A stretch of 64,000 bases of DNA from an uncultured bacterium (GTDB lineage: Bacteria; Zixibacteria; MSB-5A5; CAIYYT01): positions 1,472,001 through 1,536,000 of the forward strand of contig CAVSCK010000004.1 of assembly GCA_963726455.1 (NCBI GenBank), read 5' to 3'. Under the pieces are notes generated by a model that saw only the letters and a list, made by a program, of their open reading frames with translations, was not told the DNA's origin and ran no database searches. This document shows positions 1-11,422 of the stretch, one piece after another. A program made the translations under genes and the position numbers. Position 1 is the stretch's first letter; the number at the start of each line of letters is the position of its first letter.

Positions 1-3000
1 TATGGCTACGCGTTAAAGGGTGACCGCAAATTCACCTTCTACACTCCCGCGTTTCGTGTGGTCAGTGCCTGGTTGACCTATGAACTTACTCCCGAATCTG
101 ATCAGCAGGCCAACCTGTTCTCGACCGTCGAATTCAACTATGTCGTCGATCCCAAAGAAGCTCTCAAGTACTTTTCCGTCCAGGACGAGGGCGGCGGAGC
201 GGTAGAATACACGATACAAACCGAAGCTCCGGCCGCCATTATTGCCCTGAAAGCTGAAGGTGCTCGCCGGGGTGAGAAGGAAAACCAGGTACAACTCAAG
301 ATCGCCAAAGGGCTGAAACCTTTGGGCGGTAATTCCGGCCTGGCCGCCGACTTTGTCAAACCGCTGACATTGCCCGGCCGCGAGGACCTCAAGGTCGAGA
401 GTGTTCTGCCCGTTAGGGAATCACCTAACCGGAACACGATTCGCATCGCTTTCAATCTGCCGATCAACGGTGCGACCGCGGCGCCGTTTGTGTCAATCGA
501 CCCTCCGATCAGCTACAAACTGACCTATTCGCATAACTATCTTGACCTGCACGCCGAATTTGTGCCGAGGACAACCTATCAGGTCAAGCTGCACAAAGGT
601 CTAAGGGCAATAGATGGTTCGCTCTTGCCGCGGGATTTTGCCAATGCCGTGAACATTATCCGCGAGAATATTCAGCCACAGGTTGGTTTTGTCGGTGACG
701 GCTTCTATCTCACGCGCACCGGCAACCTCAATGTCGGCATCTCGACGATCAACGTCGACAAGCTGACTATCGAAGTCGAAAAAGTCTTCGCCAACAATCT
801 CGCCTACCTTCTCAATATGTATGACCTCGGCCGCGAAGGCCGCAACTATGGCTATTATTGGGGAGACGAGGAGGAGGGCGGTGACCGGCCCCGCTATCGT
901 TCCGACCTGATGGCTGTCGGATCACTGGTGCATCAGGAAGATCTGGCGATTGCTTCACAGCCGAACGAGGAGACAGTCACCCCGCTGAACGTCAAAGACT
1001 ATCTCGACAACAACCGCATCGGCATCTATCGCGTCACTGCCCGGCAGGCGACCGAGCGCTGGAACAATTCCACGCGCTGGGTGGTCGCAACCGATCTGGG
1101 CATACTCGCCAAGAAGGCCAAGGACGATCTCTGGCTCTGGGTCAATTCGCTCTCGACCTTGAAACCGATTGCGGATGTCGAACTCAGATTAGTCAGTCAG
1201 AATAATCAAACCATTGCGACAACCAAAACCGACGGCGACGGCATCGCGATCTTCAAGAACTATGAAACCACTGCCGCCGATTTCCGTCCCTACGTCGTAA
1301 TCGCCACACAGGGCAACGACGTCTCGTTCGTCGAATTGACACGCCGCATGATTCCAACCTCGGATTTTGCCGTCGACGGCAAACCGTATCTTTCCGGCGG
1401 CCTCGAAGCATTCCTCTACACCGAGCGCGGAATTTATCGTCCCGGCGAGACGGTTCATCTCGCGGCAGTCGTGCGCGGCGCCGACCAGACCGTACCGCCT
1501 TCGTTCCCATCGCGATTCAAAGTCACCGGTCCGGATGGCAAAACCGTCGCCGAGGAAAAAGCAGTTCTCAACGAACAAGGTGCGGCTACTTTCGATGTTG
1601 TCGTACCCGAATATCTTCTCACCGGCAAATATCTCGCCACCATGCTGATCGGCGAGAATGAGGAAATTGGCCGCGTCGCGTTCAACGTTGAAGAGTTCGT
1701 GCCCGACCGCATGAAAGTCAAAGCCGCTGCCGACCGAGAGTCGTATGCTTCCGGCGACAAGGTTAACCTCAACGTTGACGCCGTCACTCTCTTCGGGCCG
1801 CCGGCGTCCAACCGCCGCGTGCAGGGTGACGTAATTCTCGAGCCGCAGTCGTTCACTGCACTTAAGTGGAAATCGTTTACTTTCGACGATACCAGAAAGT
1901 CCTTCACCAAACAGACTGACAAACTCGCCGACACTTTGCTCGACGACAACGGCAGGTTCACTTATCGTTACGAAATTCCCAAAGGTCTGACACCACCATC
2001 CGCGATCAAGGGCACGATCTTCGTAACTGTTCTCGAACCGGGAGGCCGCGGTGTCTCTGCCGCCGCGAACATCATGGTTCATCCGTATGGCAATTACGTT
2101 GGCCTCAGGCAACAACAGGATGGTTACGCCCAACCCAACACCGCAACGAATATCGAATTCATATCGGTCAGCCCCGACGGCGAGCCAATTTCCGGCCGCA
2201 ACATCGAAGTCGTCTTTACGCGCATTTACTGGCACAGCATCTTGAAGTACGACGAACGTTTCAACGCCTACCGCTACGTCTCCGAAGTGGTCGAAGATCC
2301 GGTTGAACGCTTCAACGTCACATCCGGCGTCGGAGTCGGCACCTTCAAAGTCACTCCCGATGATTACGGCAGCTATCGTGTGGCTGTGCGCGATGTCGAA
2401 TCAGGCGCTTCGTCCTCGATTCGATTCTATGCCTCCGGCTGGGGTTATGCTCCCTGGGCAATGGATCACCCAGACCGAATCGAGATCGACCTTGACAAAC
2501 AATCCTACCAACCCGGCGAAGTGGCTCAGGTACAGATTCGCGCGCCCTTTGCAGGGAAACTTCTCCTGACAATCGAGCGGGAGAAAGTGTTCGAACACCG
2601 CATCGTCACCATGACCGAAAACACTGCGACGATCAAATTGCCGGTGAGCGAAATCCTCAAACCGAACGCCTATATTTCCGCACATCTGATTCGCTCCACC
2701 GAGAAGCTCGACCGCGATTCACGCGCGCGCGCTTTCGGCACGGTACCGATCTTCGTCAATACCGATCGCAACAAACTCTCGGTTGACCTGCAGCTACCGA
2801 CGGAGATTCGCCCGAAAAACAAGCTCACAGTCAACTTCAAAGTCTCCGGCCAGACTCGCGGCACACCTTACTTGACGATAGCCGCCGTCGATGAAGGCAT
2901 TTGCCAGCTCACGGATTTTCAGACGCCCGATGCTCACGGCTATTTCTTCAGCAAAAAGCGGCTCTCGGTGGAATCCTACGATGTCTATGGCGTAGTCCTG

Positions 3001-5085
3001 CCCGAAATATCCTCCCCCTCGGGTGACTTGGGCGCGGCGGCCCGCCGGCGTCTGATGCCGATTTCCGTCACTCGCGTAAAGCCGGTCGCGTTCTGGTCCG
3101 GTCTGCTTACTACTGATGCGCAGGGCAACGGTTCGGTCAGTTTCGATGTACCTCAATTCAACGGCTCGATTCGCGTGATGGCTGTTGCATTCGGCGGTGA
3201 CAAATTCGGCAAAGCGGAACAAAACGTGTTTGTCCGCGAACCGATCGTGCTAACACCTACATACCCGCGCTTTATCGGCTCCACCGACGAACTGACTGTG
3301 CCCGTCAGCATCTACAACAACACCGGCGCTGATGCAACCTTTACTGTCGATCTGTCAGCCACCGGGCCGGTCAAACTCACCGAGGGCGGCTCTCGCTCTA
3401 TCAAGATTCCTTCCGGTCGCGAGATGCCTGTCTACTATCGAGTCAAAGCCGATCAGTCGATTGGCAAAGTGACGTTCAAACTCTCGGCGAGTGGCGGCGG
3501 CGCTACGGCATCTCAGGAGGAAGAACTCGCCCTCCGGCCACCGGTGCCATTTATTACCATTTCCGGCAACGGATCAGCAACCGCGACGGCTTCAGCAACG
3601 TTCAAATTCCCTGCCGATTGGATGCCGGGCACCTCCGACTTCACGCTGTCGACTTCATCTTTCCCGGCTGTTCGCTTCGCCGGCAGTTTGCAGTACTTGC
3701 TCGGCTATCCACACGGATGCGTCGAACAAACGACCTCGAAACTCTTCCCGATGCTTTACTTCGACGAGTTGGCGCGCCTTGCCGAACCGGAGTTGTTCAA
3801 GAAGAACTCGGTCGATTACTACATCGAGGAAGGCATCACCAAACTCGTCAACATGCAGTTAACTTCCGGCGGGTTCACCTACTGGCCTCAGGGCGACTAC
3901 CAGAATAACTGGAGTTCGATTTATGCGTCGCACTTCCTCGTTGAAGCTCGCAAAGCCGGTTACACTATTCCCGACCGCACTTATGATCGCATGATGGATG
4001 CGCTCCGAGGTTTCGCGCGTGATTATCGCACCGGCAAATTTGACGAATACCAAACTTCCGCCTATGCCAACTATGTTCTCGCGCTGGCGGGCAAACCCGA
4101 TCGCAGTACCATCTTCTATATCAAGGACAATGCCATCGACGCGCTCACGGAATATTCGCGCTACCAACTTATCGGCGCTCTCGCTCTGGCGGGAGATGTC
4201 GCCTCTGCGCGTCAATTGTTGCCGAAGACCGTGCTCTCGTCCGACAGTCTGCGGGAATGGGAAAGCGGCGGCAATTTCAATTCGCCGATTCGTTCCCGCG
4301 CTATCATGCTCGATATCCTCGCGGAAATCGAACCGACCAGCCCGCAAATTCCCAAACTAGTCGAGAGTCTGAGCAAGGCGGTTAACCCGCAGGGACGCTG
4401 GTACACTACGCAGGAAAATGCCTACGCTCTCATGGCGCTCGGCAAAGTGATGAAGAAACAGCCGCAGGCCAACTTCACTGGCACCGTGAAGCTCAACGGT
4501 GTATCTATCGGCCAGATCGACAACCAGAATTTCAATTTCCGCGCCAAAGATTGGGGCGGCAGGGAAGTCACCATCTCCATTTCCGGTTCTGGCGTCTGTT
4601 ACTACTATTGGCGGGTCGACGGCCTGCCTTCCACGCTCAAGATCGATGAATACGATAACGATCTGCAGGTGCGCCGCCGCTACCTCGACGAAAGCGGCAA
4701 TCCCGTCGACTACGCGACATTGCGGCAGGGCGACATGGTCATCGCCGAAATCACGATCAAGGCGCTCAGCGAATCTCTCGACAACGTCGCCATCGTCGAT
4801 ATGCTGCCGACTGCATTCGAAATCGAAAATCCGCGCCTGCAATCCCGCCGCGGCATCACCTGGATCGGCGACAAGGCCTATCAGCCGCTTTACATGGATA
4901 TGCGCGACGACCGCATGATTCTCTACGGCAACTTCCTGTTCGGCAAGGAACAGAAATGTTACTACGGCATTCGCGTCGTCTCCGAGGGTTCGTTTATCGT
5001 GCCGCCGGTTCGCGCTGAAGCGATGTACGCGCCGATGAAAGCATCCGTCGCGTCCAGCGGTAAGATCGAAGTCAAACGTCCGTGA
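1..5085 (+). CDS. yfhM: Bacterial alpha-2-macroglobulin (5' end lies outside the window)
   Basis: Frame is open from base 1. MG-domain motif LYTERGIYRPGE, thioester motif GYPHGCVEQTTS, C-terminal VPPVRAEAMYAP. Followed by pbpC, the canonical partner. Confidence 0.95.
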   Translation, partial: YGYALKGDRKFTFYTPAFRVVSAWLTYELTPESDQQANLFSTVEFNYVVDPKEALKYFSVQDEGGGAVEYTIQTEAPAAIIALKAEGARRGEKENQVQLKIAKGLKPLGGNSGLAADFVKPLTLPGREDLKVESVLPVRESPNRNTIRIAFNLPINGATAAPFVSIDPPISYKLTYSHNYLDLHAEFVPRTTYQVKLHKGLRAIDGSLLPRDFANAVNIIRENIQPQVGFVGDGFYLTRTGNLNVGISTINVDKLTIEVEKVFANNLAYLLNMYDLGREGRNYGYYWGDEEEGGDRPRYRSDLMAVGSLVHQEDLAIASQPNEETVTPLNVKDYLDNNRIGIYRVTARQATERWNNSTRWVVATDLGILAKKAKDDLWLWVNSLSTLKPIADVELRLVSQNNQTIATTKTDGDGIAIFKNYETTAADFRPYVVIATQGNDVSFVELTRRMIPTSDFAVDGKPYLSGGLEAFLYTERGIYRPGETVHLAAVVRGADQTVPPSFPSRFKVTGPDGKTVAEEKAVLNEQGAATFDVVVPEYLLTGKYLATMLIGENEEIGRVAFNVEEFVPDRMKVKAAADRESYASGDKVNLNVDAVTLFGPPASNRRVQGDVILEPQSFTALKWKSFTFDDTRKSFTKQTDKLADTLLDDNGRFTYRYEIPKGLTPPSAIKGTIFVTVLEPGGRGVSAAANIMVHPYGNYVGLRQQQDGYAQPNTATNIEFISVSPDGEPISGRNIEVVFTRIYWHSILKYDERFNAYRYVSEVVEDPVERFNVTSGVGVGTFKVTPDDYGSYRVAVRDVESGASSSIRFYASGWGYAPWAMDHPDRIEIDLDKQSYQPGEVAQVQIRAPFAGKLLLTIEREKVFEHRIVTMTENTATIKLPVSEILKPNAYISAHLIRSTEKLDRDSRARAFGTVPIFVNTDRNKLSVDLQLPTEIRPKNKLTVNFKVSGQTRGTPYLTIAAVDEGICQLTDFQTPDAHGYFFSKKRLSVESYDVYGVVLPEISSPSGDLGAAARRRLMPISVTRVKPVAFWSGLLTTDAQGNGSVSFDVPQFNGSIRVMAVAFGGDKFGKAEQNVFVREPIVLTPTYPRFIGSTDELTVPVSIYNNTGADATFTVDLSATGPVKLTEGGSRSIKIPSGREMPVYYRVKADQSIGKVTFKLSASGGGATASQEEELALRPPVPFITISGNGSATATASATFKFPADWMPGTSDFTLSTSSFPAVRFAGSLQYLLGYPHGCVEQTTSKLFPMLYFDELARLAEPELFKKNSVDYYIEEGITKLVNMQLTSGGFTYWPQGDYQNNWSSIYASHFLVEARKAGYTIPDRTYDRMMDALRGFARDYRTGKFDEYQTSAYANYVLALAGKPDRSTIFYIKDNAIDALTEYSRYQLIGALALAGDVASARQLLPKTVLSSDSLREWESGGNFNSPIRSRAIMLDILAEIEPTSPQIPKLVESLSKAVNPQGRWYTTQENAYALMALGKVMKKQPQANFTGTVKLNGVSIGQIDNQNFNFRAKDWGGREVTISISGSGVCYYYWRVDGLPSTLKIDEYDNDLQVRRRYLDESGNPVDYATLRQGDMVIAEITIKALSESLDNVAIVDMLPTAFEIENPRLQSRRGITWIGDKAYQPLYMDMRDDRMILYGNFLFGKEQKCYYGIRVVSEGSFIVPPVRAEAMYAPMKASVASSGKIEVKRP

Positions 5086-5125
5086 CTATAAGAGTGGTGT
5101 GACTAACGTGAATCCGTCTCTCAAC

Positions 5126-7437
5126 ATGCGCGTCGCTCGCTGGTTTCTGACGTTGCTGGCAGTGTTCAGTCGGCTTATTCACTGCCGCGTTTCTGATTTT
5201 CCCGTTGCCGACAGACAAACTGAATCTGCCGGCATCGACCGTTGTCTCTGGATCGCAACGGCCAACTGCTGCGCGCCTATCTTGCTCCCGACCAGATGTG
5301 GCGGATTCACGTTGACGGCAATCAGATCTCACCGGCTCTCAAAACCACCGTGCTCGCATACGAAGATCGCGCCTTCTATCGCCACCCCGGCATCAATCCA
5401 AAATCAATTCTGCGCGCCGCCATTTCTAACTGGCGCGCCGGACGAGTCACCCAGGGTGGTTCCACGATTACCATGCAAGTCGCGCGCCTGATGGAGCCCA
5501 AAGACCGAACCATGACCGGCAAGCTGATCGAAATCTTCCGCGCCCTGCAACTTGAAGTGCGGTACTCAAAGGATGAGATTCTGACATTCTACTTCAACCT
5601 AGCCCCCTACGGTGGGAATATCATCGGCGTCGGCGCTGCCTCGCGATTCTATTTCGGCAAGAGCCCCGACAAACTCAGCTTCGGGGAGGCCGCTCTGCTG
5701 GCGGCCATCCCCAATTCGCCTAATCGCTATCGGCCTGACATCAAGGCATCAGAAGCCAAACCCGGCCGCGACAAAATTCTTGGCCTCCTTCGCAGACAAT
5801 CGAAGATCACATCGGCACAATACGCCGAAGCTCTTGCCGAGTACGTTCCGGACAGGCGTTTCGACATGCCGTTCAACGCTCCTCAATTTGCCGACTTCTT
5901 GATCAAGTGTTATCCGCAGCAGGACGAACTGCATTCGACCATCGATCCGACAGTTCAACATCTGGCCGAGACCACTCTCCGCGCGCATCTGAAGCCCTTG
6001 ATACCACAGGGCATCACCAACGGCGCTGTCGTCGTCATTGACAATGTTTCGAAGGATGTCCTCGCACTAGTTGGTTCGGTGGACTTCACCGACTCGCTCA
6101 ACAAGGGCCAGGTCAACGGCGCCGTCGCTCCGCGATCTCCCGGCTCTGCGCTCAAACCTTTTGTCTACGCCATCGGCATCGACGAAGGCCTGATCTCGCC
6201 GCGTAGTTTGCTCTATGATGTTCCGGTCAACTACTCCGGTTATCGTCCGGTCAACTATGATGAAACCTACCACGGCGCCGTGACAGCCGAGGACGCGCTG
6301 ATCCGCTCGCTCAACGTTCCCGCCGTCAATCTCTCCGCCAAACTCGGCGGCGATGGCGTTTACACTTTGCTCAAGGATGCCGGCATAACCACGCTGCCGA
6401 ATCCGCAGGAATACTATGGACTATCGCTTATTCTCGGTGGCTGCGAAGTCAACCTGCTCGAATTGACCAACATCTATTCCGGCCTTGCTGACAGCGGCGC
6501 CTTTCGCGACTACCGATTGCTGAAGTCCGCTCCCGATCCAATTGCGCGCAAGCTTCTGTCATCCGGAACCTGCTACATCATAACCGACATCCTTAGTCAA
6601 TTGCGCCGCCCTGAACTGCCGGCAGTCTGGGAGGCGACTTTGCATCTTCCCAAAGTTGCCTGGAAGACCGGCACCTCGTACGGCAAACGCGACGCGTGGA
6701 GCGTCGGCTTTACGCCAAGGTTTACAATCGGTGTCTGGGCCGGCAACTTCGATGGGAAAGGCAATCCCCGGCTCGTCGGCGCTGAGGTTGCCACTCCGAT
6801 TCTCTTCGACATTTTCGACGCGCTGGAAAGTGCCGGCGACAATCGCTGGTTCGTTCCGCCGAACACCGTGGCACGACGGCAGGTCTGCGCCGTCAGCGGC
6901 CAACTTCTCTCCGCCTACTGCGCTGCGACTGCCAACGAAATCTATCTGCCCGGCATTTCTCCCAACCAACCCTGCGCCATGCATGAGATAATCATGGTTG
7001 ATAAACAAACCGGCAAACGCCTGTGCAGCCATTGTCGCGCCAAACGCACCTATGATGAGAAGATCGTCGTCAACTGGCCGGCGGAAATCGCCACCTGGAT
7101 GGAGCGCAACGGCTATCCGATCGATCCTATGCCGGAACACTTCGCGCAGTGCCCGCAACTTGCCTCTGGACAAAATCCGGTGATAGTATCTCCCTCACCT
7201 GACGCCGAGTACTTCATCCTGCCCGATGTTGATATCCAATACCAGAAGATTCTGCTGGATGCTTCGGTCTCAAACCGGACGCGCACTGTCTACTGGTTCC
7301 TCAACAAGCGGCTCATATCTTCTGGCAGTCCTGCAAAGAAAGTCTTCATCACTCCCACCGCCGGAACGCACACGTTAGTATGTCTCGATGATGAAGGCCG
7401 CTCCGCCGAGGTCAAACTCACCATTCGCAATCAATAA
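5126..7437 (+). CDS. pbpC: Penicillin-binding protein 1C; N-terminal anchor interrupted by two +1 frameshifts (~5165, ~5247)
   Basis: Transglycosylase motifs EDRAFYRHPG and GGSTITMQVAR; transpeptidase SALK, SLN and KTG; C-terminal PBP1C domain. Removing two extra T gives MRVARWFLTLLAVSVGLFTAAFLIFPLP...TVVLDRNGQLLR. Confidence 0.93.
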
Positions 7438-7505
7438 GCATTCGTGTCATTACGAGGAGCGTGGGGTATGGAAGTGCAGTGAAGAGCGTGACAACGCAAA
7501 CACAC

Positions 7506-7543
7506 AAAAAAATCGCCCGGACCCCCGGCAGAGGGTCCAGGCG
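7506..7543 (-). terminator. Rho-independent terminator for the hybAB-cytochrome operon
   Basis: Stem cgcccggaccc/gggtccaggcg followed on the minus strand by a 7-T run, just past the cytochrome stop. Confidence 0.75.
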
Positions 7544-7573
7544 CAGGAGGCGATGTATAATCGCAAATCTGTC

Positions 7574-8719
7574 TTACATATCCGTCCGCTTGACTCTCAT
7601 CCCCGGCGGTGCTTTGTCGGCAGTACGCCCGTCGTCATGACAACTATCGCACTTGGGATTTTCGTCGTACTTGTGCTCGGCGTGACAATCAGTGCACTCA
7701 AGTTGTGAGTGAACTTCGTCGAGCTGCAGGCCGACTACGGCGTGCCTGAAATTCTCCTGGTTCCAACCAGCATGGCAATTGGAGCACATGCGGTTGAGTT
7801 TGGAGATTCGCTTTCCAGTCGGATGACAGGCCCAGCAATCAAGTTTGTTGTGATACGGATTTAGCGGCCAACCGGTCTTGTTGTGCGTGAATCCGGGACG
7901 TTCCTGGGTGTCGTGGCATTTGCTGCACTGATCCGACCGATGGCAGTCGTTGCAGATGGCATGCACCTGTTCTTGCGTCTTTTGTGTATAGGCAACCTTC
8001 TGAATGTCATGACAGTTGCCGCAATTCTCTTTTGCATGGCAGTTCGTGCACTTGAACCCGAACAGATCGACATGTTCTTTGTGCTGGAACGTCACCACCG
8101 GACCCAACTTGTACGGAGTGGTATATACTCTCTTAAGGGGCACCGTAATAACCGGGTGCGACGCGCCCATGATGTCTGTCGGATCCTTCGACGCCTTGGC
8201 AATGTCACTTCCCTGCTTCGGCAAATGGCATACGATGCACTTGGTGTCGTGGCTCCATTCGCGATGGCACGACAGGCACTGCCGATGATAAGCGCCTTTG
8301 AGATTCGGTTTACCCAGGTCGGTTGATTGCGCGTCCGTATTGTGACAATCCTTACAGGGAGGAATTACCCCTTTGGGGCTGTAATGGTGACACGTGGCAC
8401 ATTCCAGATTCATCTGTGCCATCGAGGCATGAACTTTGTGATTGAAATGGACACCCTGATATTGCTCCGACAGCTCATCCAGCAACATCGAGTCGGGCGC
8501 ATCCACCAGATTGTGCCTGCTTGTCTGATGTACCATCTGTGTGCGCGGACAGGTTTTCAAACACGGGTCATGAAAGGTCGGCACCTCGCAGGTATGACAT
8601 TGCTTGCAGTCCGACTTGGGCATGGCCGCCGATGAATTGTTTTGGCCGTAGACCGCCAGCGTCATCACTGCCGACAGCAGCAATCCCGCAAATAACGCTA
8701 ATCTATGTCGATTGTTCAT
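7574..8719 (-). CDS. Periplasmic 13-heme cytochrome c (cytochrome c3/HmcA-like)
   Basis: Sec signal peptide, 13 CxxCH motifs counted, c3-type motifs VHFNHKVH and LKGAYHRQC. Confidence 0.9.
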   Translation of the reverse strand: MNNRHRLALFAGLLLSAVMTLAVYGQNNSSAAMPKSDCKQCHTCEVPTFHDPCLKTCPRTQMVHQTSRHNLVDAPDSMLLDELSEQYQGVHFNHKVHASMAQMNLECATCHHYSPKGVIPPCKDCHNTDAQSTDLGKPNLKGAYHRQCLSCHREWSHDTKCIVCHLPKQGSDIAKASKDPTDIMGASHPVITVPLKRVYTTPYKLGPVVTFQHKEHVDLFGFKCTNCHAKENCGNCHDIQKVAYTQKTQEQVHAICNDCHRSDQCSKCHDTQERPGFTHNKTGWPLNPYHNKLDCWACHPTGKRISKLNRMCSNCHAGWNQENFRHAVVGLQLDEVHSQLECTDCHAEHKYDENPKCDSCHDDGRTADKAPPGMRVKRTDM

Positions 8720-8729
8720 TGCACCTCAC

Positions 8730-9986
8730 CTACTTCAATCCGAGATCAACGTTGGCAACTCTGACTGATTCCGTCGACCTCTTGTCCAATGGTACCGATA
8801 TCACCGGGAACGTCATCACCGCAAACCGGTACACCAGCACCAACATTGCCACCAGTCCTATCGTCACCATGAATTCGTAAGGCGACGGGAAATATGTCTT
8901 CTCCGCATAAAGCGGCTTATAAGCGATCAGGAATACGTCAATGCGGTTGAGCAAAACACCGCCGATCACCAGCGACGCCGACGTGAACAATCCCGCAATC
9001 GACCGCCGCACGCTCGGAATCGCAAGCATGATCATTGGCAGAATGACGCCTGCCGTCAGTTCCAGAATGAACATCCCCGACTGTAAACTCCCCTCGAACA
9101 CGTACGGCCAGGCGTTTCTGATCGTCAAGTCACCGATCTTGAATCCCAGGTAAATTCCGAGTAAGATCGGCGTATAGCGTGCGATAGACGATAACAGTTT
9201 TCGTTCCGGCTGGAGTTTGAACGAGCGCGATGCCAGTATCGATTCGAAAATCACCATCGGAAATCCCACCGAGATGGCCGACAGCAAGAACAGCAGCGGC
9301 GAAATCGGCGTATACCACAGCGGATGCATCTTGGTAGGGGCAATCATCATCAACGTCCCCAGCGATGACTGGTGCAGACACGACAGCACCACGCCGGCGA
9401 TGAGAAACAGCCAAATAAATTGCCTCAGGAATCGCTGGCAGAGGCGCAGCACGCCGTCGACCAGCCCGTTCAAGGGCGCAAGCAGATGCGGTAGTTTTAC
9501 GCGCCCGATGAATCTCTCCGCAACGATCGGCACGAATTCGATATACAGGACGGTCAGATAAACCATCACACACATACCGACTTCAAAAAGTACCGAATTG
9601 CCCTGCCACATATTCGGAAGCATTGGATGCCATACATTATAGTACCGTCCGAGGTCAGCCAGCAAACCGATCACTACGAACGTGTACCCCAAAAGCGCGG
9701 TTAACAATGCCGGTCGAACGACGGCGTGGTATTCTTTCTTGTGAAATATCTCAACCAGTGCCGCCGTCGTAAAACCGCCCGCCGCCAGTGCCACTCCCGA
9801 AGCCACGTCAATGGAAATCCAGATGCCCCATGGATATTGATTGGTCAGGTTGGTCGCGGCCTGCAGGCCGAAAATGAGTCGATAGATGTAAGCAAACGCG
9901 CCGACCGCCGCAATCATCGCGACAAACAACGTCCCCTGCGTGAAAAATCTCCCCTTTACCGGAGCCGGAGTCTCAAGAGTGCTCAT
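8730..9986 (-). CDS. hybB: NrfD/HybB/HmcC-family integral membrane quinol-interacting subunit
   Basis: TNL...YPWGIWISIDVASGVALAAGGF, ADLGRY, SVLFEV and LHQSSLG motifs; many TM helices. Confidence 0.88.
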   Translation of the reverse strand: MSTLETPAPVKGRFFTQGTLFVAMIAAVGAFAYIYRLIFGLQAATNLTNQYPWGIWISIDVASGVALAAGGFTTAALVEIFHKKEYHAVVRPALLTALLGYTFVVIGLLADLGRYYNVWHPMLPNMWQGNSVLFEVGMCVMVYLTVLYIEFVPIVAERFIGRVKLPHLLAPLNGLVDGVLRLCQRFLRQFIWLFLIAGVVLSCLHQSSLGTLMMIAPTKMHPLWYTPISPLLFLLSAISVGFPMVIFESILASRSFKLQPERKLLSSIARYTPILLGIYLGFKIGDLTIRNAWPYVFEGSLQSGMFILELTAGVILPMIMLAIPSVRRSIAGLFTSASLVIGGVLLNRIDVFLIAYKPLYAEKTYFPSPYEFMVTIGLVAMLVLVYRFAVMTFPVISVPLDKRSTESVRVANVDLGLK

Positions 9987-10881
9987 GGTGATCCTCCTTC
10001 TCGTCGTTCTTGTCGCGCATCGAATACATAATCAATCCCAGCAAGCCATAGAGCGCTATTGGGGGAACAAAATTCTTGAAAACGCCATGTTGAATCGATT
10101 CCGACACCGCCGGAATCGGCTTGGTGTCCAGCTTCGGCAACTCCGTGTTTACGAAATCCACCGGCGCGAGATACATCCAACTTGTGCCGCCGATCTCCGT
10201 CTCGCCATAAACATGGTCATAATATTTGGCCGGATTCAGCTTGATCCGCTCTTTGGCGACATCCAGCAGCTCCCGCCGAGTACCGAAGGTCAACGCTTCA
10301 TTCGGACAAATCGCTACGCAGGCCGGCTTCTTTCCTTCCACCAGTTTTGGCTCGCAGAAAGTGCACTTGCGCACTCTCGGAGTTAATGCATCACTGTACT
10401 CATAGGCCGGAACCTGAAATGGACAGGCCACCATGCAATACCGGCAACCGATACACTTCCAGGCCTCATAATCAACCGACCCCAACGGATTCTTGCGCAG
10501 TGCACCGACGATGCAAGCCGACACACACGCTGCCTTGTTGCAGTGCATACACTGAACTTTGATTAAATATTGTTTGCCGGTCTGATTCGGATCGACAAAA
10601 CGATTCACCACCGTGAACTGCTTGTCATCCGGCCGGCGATGCCTTTCGAATGCCGACTTATCCTCGAACTCGGCGAGTGTCTTGGTCGAAAGTTTGTGCT
10701 CGTTGTTACAGGCCCACTCGCACTTTCGACATCCGACACAGACTGCCGTGTCCACCAGCACTCCATACATCTTGTCGTAATCGGCCGCTCCCGCGCTGCT
10801 ACTGGCCATGGTTTTTCCGGCAAACACTGTTGCCGAACCGGCGGCCGCCAGTTTGAAAAAGTCCCTGCGTTTGAGACCCAT
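9973..10881 (-). CDS. hybA: Tat-exported 4x[4Fe-4S] ferredoxin subunit (HybA/HmcB-like)
   Basis: Twin-arginine signal KRRDFFK, four Cys clusters (CVGCRKC, CMHC, CIGCRYC, CTFC), YGETEIGGTSWMY, C-terminal TM helix. Confidence 0.88.
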   Translation of the reverse strand: MGLKRRDFFKLAAAGSATVFAGKTMASSSAGAADYDKMYGVLVDTAVCVGCRKCEWACNNEHKLSTKTLAEFEDKSAFERHRRPDDKQFTVVNRFVDPNQTGKQYLIKVQCMHCNKAACVSACIVGALRKNPLGSVDYEAWKCIGCRYCMVACPFQVPAYEYSDALTPRVRKCTFCEPKLVEGKKPACVAICPNEALTFGTRRELLDVAKERIKLNPAKYYDHVYGETEIGGTSWMYLAPVDFVNTELPKLDTKPIPAVSESIQHGVFKNFVPPIALYGLLGLIMYSMRDKNDEKEDHHEHS

Positions 10882-10927
10882 TTACGTCACCTCGCTTTGC
10901 CCCAACGGGGCTGGGCTGCGCTGTCAC

Positions 10928-10945
10928 ATGTGAATCTTTTCACAA
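10928..10945. promoter_or_regulatory. Palindromic operator (Rex-type, also fits CRP-family consensus) upstream of hybA
   Basis: ATGTGAA-tctt-TTCACAA, about 50 bp upstream of the hybA start. Confidence 0.7.
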
Positions 10946-11422
10946 AGTCATGTGCCAGCAAGTCACTTTCAGGACTATTTATAGTATATTTCTTTCTGCT
11001 TGTCAAGCACAAATCAATACCCAAACCCTCAAATTTATCCATACAAAACCCAGCTATACTCCATCCAGAAAGTTCTGATCCCGTACCAGTTGATTTCTCA
11101 AGTATTGGCATTGCTAAGTACAAATTTCACAAAAAATTACCTATTACTGTCATTACCGTGAAAATTGCCTCAGGCTCCCGGCACCCATCCTGTCACTCCC
11201 GGCCGGCGCTCCAAATCACACCCACTCGAATCGGCTGCTCCCCCTTGGAAATCCCGATTACTGCTGCTTCCATTATATGTTATCGTCCGTTACCTCGGCT
11301 TCAAGACGCCCAAGTGCATGACTTTCCTGGCCTTCCGGGAGACTCCAACAATTCCTCTCCTATTCCGGAACCGACGCTACCCGTTGCGTACAAATAGAAA
11401 CTGGTTATATTGGCGGCCATCT

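Noticed and set aside
7574-10881. Hydrogenase-2 operon or full Hmc complex
   Set aside because: No NiFe subunits and no HmcD/E/F; the cytochrome has 13 hemes, not 16.
10942-10957. Sigma-54 promoter for hybA (TGGCAC-ATGAC-TTTG on the minus strand)
   Set aside because: The -12 GC is missing at the required spacing.
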